Positions 1 through 8,736 of a stretch of DNA of 64,000 nucleotides are shown here, piece after piece. A model generated the notes under the pieces. It ran no database searches, had not been told where the DNA came from, and saw nothing but the letters and a program-made list of their open reading frames with translations. The translations under genes were made by a program, and so were the position numbers. How positions within the stretch are numbered: the stretch's first letter is position 1; each line of letters starts with the position of its first letter. Source of the DNA: a virus; the IMG/VR virus record IMGVR_UViG_3300037961_002813, positions 42,559-106,558 of that record, one strand, 5' to 3'.

Positions 1-336
1 GTAGTCTATACAAGACATAATGTGGATAGGTGCGCTACAAGCATGCACTTTATCAAAACGATTTGAGTATTCAGTTAGTAGTGCTTGAGCATGGCGAGCC
101 AACCACTGAAAGTTAGCACGACTGTCACCCGCCCATACTGTGCAAGGGTGATGTTTGTATCCTCCCTTGTATGGTTTACCTGCTTTGGTAAGTGGCATCT
201 GCTCATCAGTAGCACCATGCCTACGCAAACTAGCGGCCATCATCTGTGCTGACTCTACGCACATCTTAGGTAATCTAACATCATCCATGTACTTAGCCGC
301 AGTAACAGGGTTTTCATCTAATACAAATATGTTCAT
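1..336 (-). CDS. Pyrimidine-dimer DNA glycosylase / endonuclease V-like protein (truncated by window edge)
   Basis: Not in ORF track; manual translation from ATG at 336 gives MNIFVLDENPVTAAKYMDDVRLPKMCVESAQMM...YKHHPCTVWAGDSRANFQWL...EYSNRFDKVH, matching the MNIF..D / K...E.AQ / HPC..W pattern of phage DenV-like proteins. Confidence 0.75.
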   Translation of the reverse strand, partial: MNIFVLDENPVTAAKYMDDVRLPKMCVESAQMMAASLRRHGATDEQMPLTKAGKPYKGGYKHHPCTVWAGDSRANFQWLARHAQALLTEYSNRFDKVHACSAPIHIMSCIDY

Positions 337-566
337 TACAAAGCCTCCAACTTAGATTCTACATCTATAACTATAGTGTTAATGATACTTTCTAGCGTAC
401 TATTCCACCCAAAACCAAGTTGTTCTAAATCGCTCATTTTATCTAAAACATCATAAATAATTTCTTTTGCTTGAGTAGCCAATCCGTGCAACTGTTCAAG
501 TTGTTCGGCTTGGTATGCTTTTTCTTCTAGTCTTTCTATATCTGCTTGTATTTCTGCACTTTTCAT
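336..566 (-). CDS. Hypothetical acidic coiled-coil protein
   Basis: ORF track; GGAGG upstream; stop overlaps next start. Confidence 0.6.
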   Translation of the reverse strand: MKSAEIQADIERLEEKAYQAEQLEQLHGLATQAKEIIYDVLDKMSDLEQLGFGWNSTLESIINTIVIDVESKLEAL

Positions 567-569
567 TAT

Positions 570-767
570 CTATTCCTCCGCTAACAAAGCCCATTCGATT
601 TTATCTTTCAAATCAAGGCCGAATCTGTGTTCATAGGCGGTAAGGAAATCAACTACGGTTTCAATACAACCTACTTGTTCTACCATACTTTCTATGTCTT
701 GCTTATCCCAATCATAGAGATTGACAGCAACATAACAGGCTAAATTTTTCATTTGTCTATATCCCAT
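570..767 (-). CDS. Hypothetical protein (start revised to ATG 767)
   Basis: GGAGG SD just upstream of MGYRQMKNL. Confidence 0.55.
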   Translation of the reverse strand: MGYRQMKNLACYVAVNLYDWDKQDIESMVEQVGCIETVVDFLTAYEHRFGLDLKDKIEWALLAEE

Positions 768-769
768 AT

Positions 770-931
770 CTATTCCTCCTGTATGTCTACCTCTTCTGCC
801 TCGAACAAGTAGTCCTCGTATGGTGCGCCAAATAATGTATGCACTACCCACAACTTCTCTTCTAGTTCTTCTTCATTTTCTGCCTCTATCTCACCTGTAT
901 AGGTGACTCTTACTGTATATGTTTTTTTCAT
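770..931 (-). CDS. Small acidic hypothetical protein (53 aa)
   Basis: Manual translation MKKTYTVRVTYTGEIEAENEEELEEKLW...QEE*; first gene after promoter copy at 945-970. Confidence 0.6.
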   Translation of the reverse strand: MKKTYTVRVTYTGEIEAENEEELEEKLWVVHTLFGAPYEDYLFEAEEVDIQEE

Positions 932-944
932 GTTTCTCAATCCT

Positions 945-970
945 CATTTCTTATTTGGTTTATATATTAT
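945..970 (-). promoter_or_regulatory. Early promoter copy 1
   Basis: Minus strand ATAATATATAAACCAAATAAGAAATG; matches 8-copy consensus. Confidence 0.75.
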
Positions 971-1291
971 TTATTCCGGTCTGTATTTTTTACCGTAGTC
1001 ATACATCTCTTGCCATACCCCTACCAATGCAAAGTGGTAATGGTAATCATTTACACTCGCTTTGAAGTTGTCATAGTTTATACCCATCAACAGGTCACCG
1101 ATGACAGTGCCTACAACATAGTTGTCTATGTCTGCCCTGTATGGGTAGTCTGCATCTGCATCTTCATACACTTCTGCATTTGGAAAAATACTTTCAATGT
1201 GATTTTTATTTCTCGCTCGCACCAATAATGTATGTTCCTTATCCCTGTGCTTTACGATACTCAACCATCCCTTATTGGTCGCTATCCACAT
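971..1291 (-). CDS. Conserved phage hypothetical protein (MWI...LLVRAR...DYPYRA...NYDNFK)
   Basis: ORF track; motif pattern typical of a small phage protein family. Confidence 0.65.
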   Translation of the reverse strand: MWIATNKGWLSIVKHRDKEHTLLVRARNKNHIESIFPNAEVYEDADADYPYRADIDNYVVGTVIGDLLMGINYDNFKASVNDYHYHFALVGVWQEMYDYGKKYRPE

Positions 1292-1595
1292 AGTCACCAT
1301 CTTCCTCTATTAATCCTAACTCCTTACCGTTGTACATGATTACGCTTTCTCCATCTTCGTTGTAATCAAGTAGCGGGTTTTCCCAATAAAATTCATCTAT
1401 ACCGGATTCAATGTGTAAACGCCAAATACTTAACAAGAAACCATGTGGTGTAGACTCTACTGTAGGGTCAATCTCTATTTGCCGCAAAGCATCTTGGATT
1501 AGTTTATCCGCATGCCGTTTGTTTTTACATGGGTCTACATTTGCCCCATCTTCACTATATCCATATCGTGCTACATATTCTATTCTTTTACTCAT
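1272..1595 (-). CDS. Hypothetical protein
   Basis: ORF track; coupled to upstream gene by ATGA overlap. Confidence 0.55.
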   Translation of the reverse strand: MSKRIEYVARYGYSEDGANVDPCKNKRHADKLIQDALRQIEIDPTVESTPHGFLLSIWRLHIESGIDEFYWENPLLDYNEDGESVIMYNGKELGLIEEDGDYVDSDQ

Positions 1596-1897
1596 TCTTC
1601 ATCCTCCGATTGTATTGAATGTAATACCTTAGATGTTGCCTCGGACATTTTCATAACTTGGATAGTTTCACCATCCTTGTAGCCATCTATCTCAACCTCA
1701 CTCTCATGTTTGCGACCTGTAACAAGATTGAACTGACCAAGCATGAACAGTATCCCGTTAGTCGTGTAACCTTTGTTGATATACTTCACTATCTTGTTAC
1801 GCATGATTTCTTCCGCTTCCATCTGTGCATCAGTCACAATCTCGTTAAGTTCTTTCAGTGTTAATTTCACGCTAACAACTCCATCGCTTTGTTCCAT
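1592..1897 (-). CDS. Hypothetical protein
   Basis: ORF track; ends EDEE* in ATGA overlap. Confidence 0.5.
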   Translation of the reverse strand: MEQSDGVVSVKLTLKELNEIVTDAQMEAEEIMRNKIVKYINKGYTTNGILFMLGQFNLVTGRKHESEVEIDGYKDGETIQVMKMSEATSKVLHSIQSEDEE

Positions 1898-2868
1898 GCA
1901 ATAACCTTTCTTCGTGCAAGTGGGCCGAACATGGCTGACTGTGTGCGCTTGATACTTGTCTCACCATTACGCAGTTGAGTGAGGCTGTGGTCAATCGCTT
2001 CTGTGATTGCATTGTAAGCCGCCCATACTGTGCCACTCATGTTACCGATGTTGTTAGTAGGTGACAGTAGTAGTTTGTTGGTGGAAGCAATAATGTTCTT
2101 ACCTCTTGTCGCAAGTTCACCATCTTCATCACGCTTCAAGTCCATGACATCAATGAAGTATTCTTGCGTAGTTTCAAGATTAATTTTCGTATTCAACATA
2201 CGCTCTACATCATTAGCCCATTGTGTGAAGTCCTCTTCTACAGCCTGTAGTGCTTTCTTTGCTTCTTCCATTCTCTCGTGCATCTTACCGGAGTGACGGA
2301 TTGCATACCCTTGACCTTTACCTCGACCTAACGCCATTGACAAAGTATTGAAACATACCACACGGATAGGTGTCGGTAGTATTCTTACCGAGCCTGTGCC
2401 ATCGTGTGTGTTGCTTATCAACAGATACTTGTGGACTGTATCTACATTATCGAACACGATACTTGTAGGTAGCCTCGCTAGTATCCAAACTGTCTGTCCT
2501 TCGCCTAGCGCACCACATACCTCAACCTTCGGCTTGTGGTCACCTGTCAATTCGTCAAGGAATGAAAACGCTTCTACATTCTGTAGTGCTTTCCATACCT
2601 TGCCAACTGTTTGTCCGTTCTTTGTCAATGGAATCTTCTTGCCGCTTTCAGTACGGAACACACCGTATGTACCGGGCAGTACATCCATCTCATCATTGTC
2701 CTCATAGTACAATGGCTCTTTGGTAACCACCCAATTCAAGTTGGCCTTGATTAACGCATCATGCGTGGTCATCAATCCATCTGCTTGTGTTCCTAACTTG
2801 TGCCACGGAGTTGCCCCCGCCCATGCTGTCATCCATTCTCCTGTTTGTGTTTGTGCTATATTGTGCAT
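1867..2868 (-). CDS. DUF932 / phage-plasmid TIGR03299-like protein
   Basis: PWHKLG, LQNVEAFSFLD, GALGEGQTVWILA, NTHDGTGS, TPIRVVCFNTL, GTVWAAYNAITE motifs. Confidence 0.9.
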   Translation of the reverse strand: MHNIAQTQTGEWMTAWAGATPWHKLGTQADGLMTTHDALIKANLNWVVTKEPLYYEDNDEMDVLPGTYGVFRTESGKKIPLTKNGQTVGKVWKALQNVEAFSFLDELTGDHKPKVEVCGALGEGQTVWILARLPTSIVFDNVDTVHKYLLISNTHDGTGSVRILPTPIRVVCFNTLSMALGRGKGQGYAIRHSGKMHERMEEAKKALQAVEEDFTQWANDVERMLNTKINLETTQEYFIDVMDLKRDEDGELATRGKNIIASTNKLLLSPTNNIGNMSGTVWAAYNAITEAIDHSLTQLRNGETSIKRTQSAMFGPLARRKVIAWNKAMELLA

Positions 2869-2894
2869 TTTTTATCTCTCCTTTTCATCTCTCT

Positions 2895-2928
2895 TTTCTT
2901 TCTTGGTTTATATATCATTTCTTTCAGT
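2895..2928 (-). promoter_or_regulatory. Early promoter copy 2
   Basis: ACTGAAAGAAATGATATATAAACCAAGAAAGAAA upstream of DUF932. Confidence 0.8.
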
Positions 2929-3396
2929 CTTGTTTTTATTTTTGTTTTCGTGAATCATATTGTGTATTAATTCCCTCGCAATATTGTCGTACAACTCTTT
3001 GTTCTTCGGTAGTATGTCTTTCCACGGTATAGCCATAGATGGTCTTAGTTCAGCCATCTTCGCTCTTACTTCTTTGTCGTTAAGGTTGGCAAGTAAGCGT
3101 AGTACAACATACGCTACTCCGCCTGTCCTATCCCTACCGTGTACACAGTGCAAGAGTACATCCTTACCTGTGTCGAGTAAGTCAATCACCAAGTCTACGG
3201 CATGCGCCCATATCTCCGGTGTACTATTTTTAGCCCTAAAGTAATAGTGGTGTCGCTCATGCTTGTCCGAGTCTATGTATCTAGGTGGGTAGCGACACAG
3301 TGTAACTATCGTGTGGTTCGGTTGTAGTGTATCACGGAAGTCATTAAGGCCACACATAGTAAGTGAGCCATTACTTACTTTGATTGATTGGTTCAT
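2908..3396 (-). CDS. Dual-specificity / tyrosine protein phosphatase (CX5R)
   Basis: VLLHCVHGRDRTG catalytic loop; later LRPS motif. Confidence 0.85.
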   Translation of the reverse strand: MNQSIKVSNGSLTMCGLNDFRDTLQPNHTIVTLCRYPPRYIDSDKHERHHYYFRAKNSTPEIWAHAVDLVIDLLDTGKDVLLHCVHGRDRTGGVAYVVLRLLANLNDKEVRAKMAELRPSMAIPWKDILPKNKELYDNIARELIHNMIHENKNKNKTERNDI

Positions 3397-3460
3397 TTGT
3401 CTCTCTCCTTAATTATTTGTTCACAAATCCAAATCCACATCAATTCATTTAATGTCATTC

Positions 3461-3772
3461 TCATTCTTCCTCGCCTCCATACATCATTTCGTAGCATTCC
3501 TTTGAACAGATGTGAATATCGTCATCATCTATCTCTTCTCTAAAGTGACCCTCACCTTGCATTTCTGTTCCGCACCAATCGCATTCATACACTTCATAGT
3601 GACCTTTTTCGGCTAAATCGTGGTATTCATCTATATCCCAAGAATAGTCAGTGGTTCTATGTTCTTCGCAGATTTTACAGTAAGCCTCAACAAACACATG
3701 GACTATACCATCACTGTCACTTGGTCTGTATGGCACGCTAAATGTCCACTCATGATTACATTCTTTCTTCAT
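3461..3772 (-). CDS. Zn-finger (CxxC) hypothetical protein
   Basis: CNHEW, CKIC, CDWC, CSKEC; ends GGEEE* junction. Confidence 0.6.
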   Translation of the reverse strand: MKKECNHEWTFSVPYRPSDSDGIVHVFVEAYCKICEEHRTTDYSWDIDEYHDLAEKGHYEVYECDWCGTEMQGEGHFREEIDDDDIHICSKECYEMMYGGEEE

Positions 3773-4116
3773 TCAATCACCTTCCCATTTGTAATACTTC
3801 TGTGTAAGTCCTCAATGTAATCACTCATGTAATACCCATCAGCCGCCTCCATATTGTTAGCAATATCAGTAATCGCTTCACGCAACCGTTTGATTTCAGC
3901 AAGAAGTTTTGGTGCGTCTTGTATCAGTAAAGCATCTGCTTCAATTTTCTTCCTTGTTCTTTGTCCTACTTCTTCGGTAAACAATTTACATATTCCACCT
4001 ACTGCTACCGAGCCATCCTCAAAGAAATGAGCCTTCCAATGTGTGCTATGTCCTTCGTAGTCATCTATGACGATACCACGAGGGCGAAAGAGAGAAAAGA
4101 GGGGAATCCAACTCAT
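3769..4116 (-). CDS. Member of the DAPxLLAE(V/I)KRLRE paralog family
   Basis: DDYEGHS...LIQDAPKLLAEIKRLRE; variant repeat B at 3878-3898. Confidence 0.7.
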   Translation of the reverse strand: MSWIPLFSLFRPRGIVIDDYEGHSTHWKAHFFEDGSVAVGGICKLFTEEVGQRTRKKIEADALLIQDAPKLLAEIKRLREAITDIANNMEAADGYYMSDYIEDLHRSITNGKVIE

Positions 4117-4256
4117 TCTTCCTCGCCTCCTTCACATTCTTTACACAAGCCTTGCTTGTTCATATCTACTAACGGATAGGCGTGGGAACACCCTAAGCAA
4201 TAACCCATGAGTATTCCTTTCTTTACTCCCTCAATGTAATCATCGCTGTGTATCAT
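4113..4256 (-). CDS. Small Zn-ribbon protein (47 aa)
   Basis: Manual translation MIHSDDYIEG...CLGC...CKECEGGEEE*; bounded by identical junction repeats. Confidence 0.6.
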   Translation of the reverse strand: MIHSDDYIEGVKKGILMGYCLGCSHAYPLVDMNKQGLCKECEGGEEE

Positions 4257-4546
4257 TCTTCCTCGCCTCCTTCACGATACTCCGCCCATTCATCGAACAG
4301 CGTTTCATTATCTATTTTGAATACCCTCTTTGTTGAAAGCCCACACACTTTACACAAGTATCTCAATTCCATTTCATTGTCTGCAACGGTAGGTGTAGCC
4401 AACGCTTGATGGTGAACCAATGTCCACTCATGCTCTACACATGGTTTATCTGCGTAGCCGGACTCTTCCCAAAAGTTTAGTTTGTCCAACCTGTTCTGCA
4501 AGTCTATCATATCTTGTTTTATTTTATCTCTTAATTTATTTTTCAT
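4253..4546 (-). CDS. Hypothetical Zn-binding protein
   Basis: CVEHEW, CKVCG; ends GGEEE*. Confidence 0.6.
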   Translation of the reverse strand: MKNKLRDKIKQDMIDLQNRLDKLNFWEESGYADKPCVEHEWTLVHHQALATPTVADNEMELRYLCKVCGLSTKRVFKIDNETLFDEWAEYREGGEEE

Positions 4547-4763
4547 CTTTCTTCACCGCCTCAAATAAGTCTTTATACAATTTAGCATACTCTTTCTTTT
4601 CATCATCGTCAAGCATATCGAGAACATAATCCCAATCTGTATGTTCAAGGAAAATTCTCTTTGCTTTTTCTTCTAACTCCAATATCCTTTGCTTCTTTAT
4701 TTTCAACTTGATTTCTTTCTGCTTGTTTATCCATTCGTTGTTCATATTACTACACCATGTCAT
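4536..4763 (-). CDS. Hypothetical protein
   Basis: ORF track; start revised to the ATGA-coupled ATG. Confidence 0.5.
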   Translation of the reverse strand: MTWCSNMNNEWINKQKEIKLKIKKQRILELEEKAKRIFLEHTDWDYVLDMLDDDEKKEYAKLYKDLFEAVKKDEK

Positions 4764-5020
4764 TCTTTCTTCACCGCCTCTCTTAACGCCCATCTGCTTT
4801 GCTTGTGCTTATTGTCGTACCTAACTTTACGATAATAACGACCAAGCACTGTGCTTAACTCATTCCTCGTTACACCTACTCGTAGGGGTTTGAAGTCTAT
4901 CTCCGGTATCTTGACATTACCGTGTACTATATCGTAGATTTGTCCTGTGTATAAATTAGGTTTTACTTTTAGTAACTTAGTAATCCTGTTGCGTATAACT
5001 GTCTTGCTCATCTTAATCAC
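4760..5020 (-). CDS. Small basic protein, possible winged-helix DNA binder
   Basis: Basic; LYTGQIYD...TRNELSTVL helix pattern. Confidence 0.45.
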   Translation of the reverse strand: MIKMSKTVIRNRITKLLKVKPNLYTGQIYDIVHGNVKIPEIDFKPLRVGVTRNELSTVLGRYYRKVRYDNKHKQSRWALREAVKKE

Positions 5021-5161
5021 CCATCAGTGTTTTTATGTCCTCTAAAGGTAAATGGTAATAAAAATCTTCACAAGCATATCTTGTACCGTCTGTATAGTTC
5101 AACTTCATTTGTTCTAATGAACAATAAGGGCATAACGGCATTGATAATCTACAATTTTTAT

Positions 5162-6616
5162 TCATCCAGTCACTTCCTTTGTACGGTTTAGTTTATCCTC
5201 CCTATAACCAAACGGCATTGTTGTAAATTTATCTTTGTGCATTTCAAACCACATGTCACCTTTAGTTTGTAAGTTCACTAAACATTGTTGTGGAGTAGAC
5301 ATTGATTCAACTTCAACATTAGGGTGTAGATTTAATTCAGTGGTCACATTGTTAGTCTTGTACCTAATGGTAGGAGTAACAAACTGTAATTCTCCATTCT
5401 TGATTTTTCTATCTACACATACTTGAAGATTGTTTGGTCGCATGGCATTATTTACTGCGGAACAATAATCAATAGCATCCTGTTCATTTAAGAATCTAAC
5501 ATTGTACCCAATAATGTCATAGGTATGTAACTTTTCTATCGGTTTCCAAACATAAGACACGATTTCCATACCGAATGATTTTTGCACATGACCCTTTGAA
5601 TACACCCAACCGTTTACTTCATCACCTAACTTACGCTTCTTAGAATTAGATGCCATGATTTTTGTTCTTTTATCTTGAACTTTTCGCCACACACTGTCAT
5701 ACCACTTGAACTTACGACCTCTACCTTCTGTTGTTTGACACACTACACCACGCTTCTTCATACGATTGACAGCCTTGTTGATTTGTTTAATTACCGTCTT
5801 GTCGTCAGCGTGTTTAGTGTAAGTGCGAGTAAACATTTTGTTGTATTCAATTGAGCCATCTAACACTAGCCTTTTTTGTAAGTAATCACTTGTCCACCCT
5901 ACAGGTATGTTGGATGGTGATAAGATTTGTAAATCCGGCATCATGACCCAAGCATTTCTTTTGGCTTCCCCGCCATGAATCGTACACATACTTTCCTTGT
6001 CTCTTGTACACAAACCATACCATGAAATTTCTCCATATTTTGATTTAATCTTTGAAGTTCCTTTAGATGTAGTAAAGTAATAACTCGGCCAATTATATTC
6101 AACTGAATTACGACAGAAAGTTTCAAACTCTTTCTTTCTACTTTTTTGTGATTCACTTGAGATACTACTGTATCCCCCTTCAACTTCCCATCCGCATATT
6201 ACATCTAAGTAATCACGATAGTCAATTTCATGTCTGTCTAATACACCTATTATGGAATTAATATACCCTACTCTTCTTTGTCTACCGTATTCATTGGACT
6301 CACGCTTTATGTGAACACCATCACACACAACTTTCTTTCTGTCTAATACACCTCTTACAATTCTCCCCGACTCAAACAATGAGGCGAGTCTTGTATGGTC
6401 ATTGACTAAATCTTTAGCCGTGACCTCTACATTCTCGCCCATACTAACGATACTGTACAGTACCGCTATGTCCATTGGGTTAGCCTTGCCTACCGTATGT
6501 TTCACATACCCTAACGCTTGACTTGTCAGTACTTCTTCGTCAGTGTATGAAAGGGTATCACCCATCAGTCCTAATTCGTGCCATGTGTTCGCATCTCTAT
6601 GTTTACTATATTGCAT
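5162..6616 (-). CDS. Hypothetical protein (~484 aa)
   Basis: Long ORF directly downstream of promoter copy 3. Confidence 0.75.
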   Translation of the reverse strand: MQYSKHRDANTWHELGLMGDTLSYTDEEVLTSQALGYVKHTVGKANPMDIAVLYSIVSMGENVEVTAKDLVNDHTRLASLFESGRIVRGVLDRKKVVCDGVHIKRESNEYGRQRRVGYINSIIGVLDRHEIDYRDYLDVICGWEVEGGYSSISSESQKSRKKEFETFCRNSVEYNWPSYYFTTSKGTSKIKSKYGEISWYGLCTRDKESMCTIHGGEAKRNAWVMMPDLQILSPSNIPVGWTSDYLQKRLVLDGSIEYNKMFTRTYTKHADDKTVIKQINKAVNRMKKRGVVCQTTEGRGRKFKWYDSVWRKVQDKRTKIMASNSKKRKLGDEVNGWVYSKGHVQKSFGMEIVSYVWKPIEKLHTYDIIGYNVRFLNEQDAIDYCSAVNNAMRPNNLQVCVDRKIKNGELQFVTPTIRYKTNNVTTELNLHPNVEVESMSTPQQCLVNLQTKGDMWFEMHKDKFTTMPFGYREDKLNRTKEVTG

Positions 6617-6629
6617 ATTTCTCATCTCT

Positions 6630-6666
6630 CATTTCTTATTTGGTTTATATATCATTTCTTTCAGTG
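6630..6666 (-). promoter_or_regulatory. Early promoter copy 3
   Basis: CACTGAAAGAAATGATATATAAACCAAATAAGAAAT. Confidence 0.85.
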
Positions 6667-6672
6667 TCAATT

Positions 6673-6909
6673 TTATTCTAATGGATGGTCTATGTACTTG
6701 TCACCTAGTGTCCATCTAAGGGCTTTGACTACGCCCTCAAGTGCCTTGTAATTTCTCATGTGATAGATACGCTCTTTCTTCTTACCTATCTGCATCCTTG
6801 TGAAGTGCATGTTCTGTTTGCGCTCGGCTCTATCGAGCATAGCAAGGATAACTTTCTCATCCCTAACGCCCATGAATGATTCGCTGTCTTGGTGGTCGCT
6901 CATTGTCAT
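6673..6909 (-). CDS. Hypothetical protein (RNYKALEGVVKALRWTLG)
   Basis: ORF track; ATGA-coupled to the array. Confidence 0.65.
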   Translation of the reverse strand: MTMSDHQDSESFMGVRDEKVILAMLDRAERKQNMHFTRMQIGKKKERIYHMRNYKALEGVVKALRWTLGDKYIDHPLE

Positions 6910-7238
6910 TCTTTCATCACCTCACAGAAGTTATTGAACCAATCATTTCTATCTTCGTGATTACAATTTTCCCACACATCAACTACTTGCTCTATCAAGT
7001 CACGCAACCGCTTGACTTCTTCAAGGAGTAATGGTGCGTCTGCTATCAAGTTTGCATCAGCATCGGAAAACTCAATGACCTTGTCCTCAAGGTCAAAATC
7101 AACTACGCTGAATGCTTGAACATAAGCGATGTATCTGTCATTAGGGCATTTACCATTTGACACGAAGTTGTTGGTTATTCTCCAACCAACTTCATTATCA
7201 CCTTTAGTATGTCCTTCATATTTGTCTGTGTCAATCAT
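6906..7238 (-). CDS. MIDTDKYE/EVKRLR paralog 1
   Basis: MIDTDKYEGHT...LIADAPLLLEEVKRLRD. Confidence 0.8.
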   Translation of the reverse strand: MIDTDKYEGHTKGDNEVGWRITNNFVSNGKCPNDRYIAYVQAFSVVDFDLEDKVIEFSDADANLIADAPLLLEEVKRLRDLIEQVVDVWENCNHEDRNDWFNNFCEVMKE

Positions 7239-7513
7239 TCAATCATCTCCTTCTTGTATGTCATACCATCAATCGTGACTAAGCCATCTTCTTCTTTCCA
7301 TTCTTCTATGAGAAGTAGTAACTTCCTACAAGTATAGTCGGCATTCTCCATGAGCCAATCCCATACTCTTTCATATTCCCAATCAGCCATTCGCAAGATA
7401 TGATTCTCTTCACGCAACCGCTTGACTTCTGCGAGCAGGTTCTCTACTGCATCCTCTAATTCATCGGATGGCGTTTCCCATGTCATTTCTTCGTATTTGT
7501 CTGTGTCAATCAT
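7235..7513 (-). CDS. MIDTDKYE/EVKRLRE paralog 2
   Basis: MIDTDKYEE...LLAEVKRLREE. Confidence 0.8.
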   Translation of the reverse strand: MIDTDKYEEMTWETPSDELEDAVENLLAEVKRLREENHILRMADWEYERVWDWLMENADYTCRKLLLLIEEWKEEDGLVTIDGMTYKKEMIE

Positions 7514-7707
7514 TCAATCACTCCCATTTCTCTCATTATCCGACAGAACTCCAATGAATCCATGTCTAAATCTAAGTAAGCCTTGATGGTTTCACGCAAC
7601 CGCTTGACTTCTGTAATCAAGTTCGTCAGTGTATCTCCAAGTGTTTCACCCTCAAACTCTACAAGTTCGGGATGGTCTGTTTCTTCGTATTTGTCTGTGT
7701 CAATCAT
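7510..7707 (-). CDS. MIDTDKYE/EVKRLRE paralog 3 (start revised to 7707)
   Basis: MIDTDKYEE...ITEVKRLRET. Confidence 0.8.
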   Translation of the reverse strand: MIDTDKYEETDHPELVEFEGETLGDTLTNLITEVKRLRETIKAYLDLDMDSLEFCRIMREMGVIE

Positions 7708-8006
7708 TCTTCCTCGCCCTCCAAAATATCTAAACATGAATATTCTACATCATTAAAACCACAACGGTTTATAGCATCCTCCAGTTTCTTATTTTCTTCA
7801 CGCAACCGCTTGACTTCTGCATCTAATTCTTCGCACTTCTCTATCCACTTTAGTCCATCTTCATGCTTACCATCAAGTTCAAAGCGTAGTGACTCATTTA
7901 CTCTAACAATATTACAGTAAGAGTGCATAACTTCTTCCCATTGGTGAGCCTTTAGGTTATGCCAATCGTCAATCGTTAGTTCTGCGTATTTGTCTGTGTC
8001 AATCAT
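7704..8006 (-). CDS. MIDTDKYA/EVKRLRE paralog 4
   Basis: MIDTDKYAE...DAEVKRLREE. Confidence 0.8.
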   Translation of the reverse strand: MIDTDKYAELTIDDWHNLKAHQWEEVMHSYCNIVRVNESLRFELDGKHEDGLKWIEKCEELDAEVKRLREENKKLEDAINRCGFNDVEYSCLDILEGEEE

Positions 8007-8407
8007 TCAATCATCTCCAACATATCTTTCATGAAACCATCTATCCAATCCGCTACTTCTTCATCAGCGAGGTGAGAAGAATATGCTTCAATGAGTTTTG
8101 CCATGTTGTCAGCAACTTTACCAATTCCTTCACGCAACCGCTTGACTTCTGCTAGAAGTTTTGGTGCGTCTGCCATCAGCATTTTGTTCGCCATCATTGT
8201 CGTGAACTCTTCATCGGAGAAATCTTCACCCTCCGGTAATGGTGTCATGGTAGCAATCGGCACTTCTTCGTAGCCTTTCTTGCCATAAGTGGAAGGGTCA
8301 GTAAAACTCTCTCCATTGTAAAGGCACTTCCATATTTCTCGCCCTTCCTCACTGTTGTAATTCCACGGTGCGGGTGTATGTCCTTCGTATTTGTCTGTGT
8401 CAATCAT
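8003..8407 (-). CDS. MIDTDKYE/EVKRLRE paralog 5
   Basis: MIDTDKYEGHTPAPW...MADAPKLLAEVKRLRE. Confidence 0.8.
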   Translation of the reverse strand: MIDTDKYEGHTPAPWNYNSEEGREIWKCLYNGESFTDPSTYGKKGYEEVPIATMTPLPEGEDFSDEEFTTMMANKMLMADAPKLLAEVKRLREGIGKVADNMAKLIEAYSSHLADEEVADWIDGFMKDMLEMIE

Positions 8408-8736
8408 TCTTCTTCATCCTCCAAATCATCACCATAGACATTACAACCCCACCCTTCTCTACAATAATCTTCGTGGTCTGCACCTGCATAACCTAAGTGT
8501 TCAAGTGCCATGTCCAAAGCACCGGAGTATTTGTCTATCTTTTGTTCAGCCTTGCTAAGTTCTTCACGCAACCGCTTGACTTCTGCTCGTAGTGTCGGTG
8601 CGTATTCAATCAAATATCTGTCATCATCGCTAAGTTCAATCAACGACTTACTCAACTTACGCCACTCATCGGGTGAGTGCGCCCTTGTATAATGTAATAT
8701 CATATCAATTTCTGTCGGTTCGTTTGTGTCACTCAT
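8404..8736 (-). CDS. MSDTNE/EVKRLRE paralog 6
   Basis: LIEYAPTLRAEVKRLREE. Confidence 0.8.
   Translation of the reverse strand: MSDTNEPTEIDMILHYTRAHSPDEWRKLSKSLIELSDDDRYLIEYAPTLRAEVKRLREELSKAEQKIDKYSGALDMALEHLGYAGADHEDYCREGWGCNVYGDDLEDEEE

Larger units (their letters stand above)
7000..8584. repeat. Two interleaved dispersed direct repeats: B = TCACGCAACCGCTTGACTTCT (x6 exact) and A = TCRTATTTGTCTGTGTCAATCATTC (x5, one with an end mismatch)
   Basis: B at 7000, 7410, 7592, 7798, 8130, 8564 (variant 3878); A at ~7215, 7490, 7684, 7985, 8384. Confidence 0.95.

Noticed and set aside
7000-8584. Repeats A/B as a CRISPR array or mini-array
   Set aside because: Spacing is irregular (roughly 70-430 bp), the repeats are in frame within ORFs, and no cas genes or leader are visible.
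6906-8736. Diversity-generating retroelement or integron
   Set aside because: No reverse transcriptase or tyrosine integrase in the window, no adenine-specific TR/VR pair, and no attC-like palindromes.
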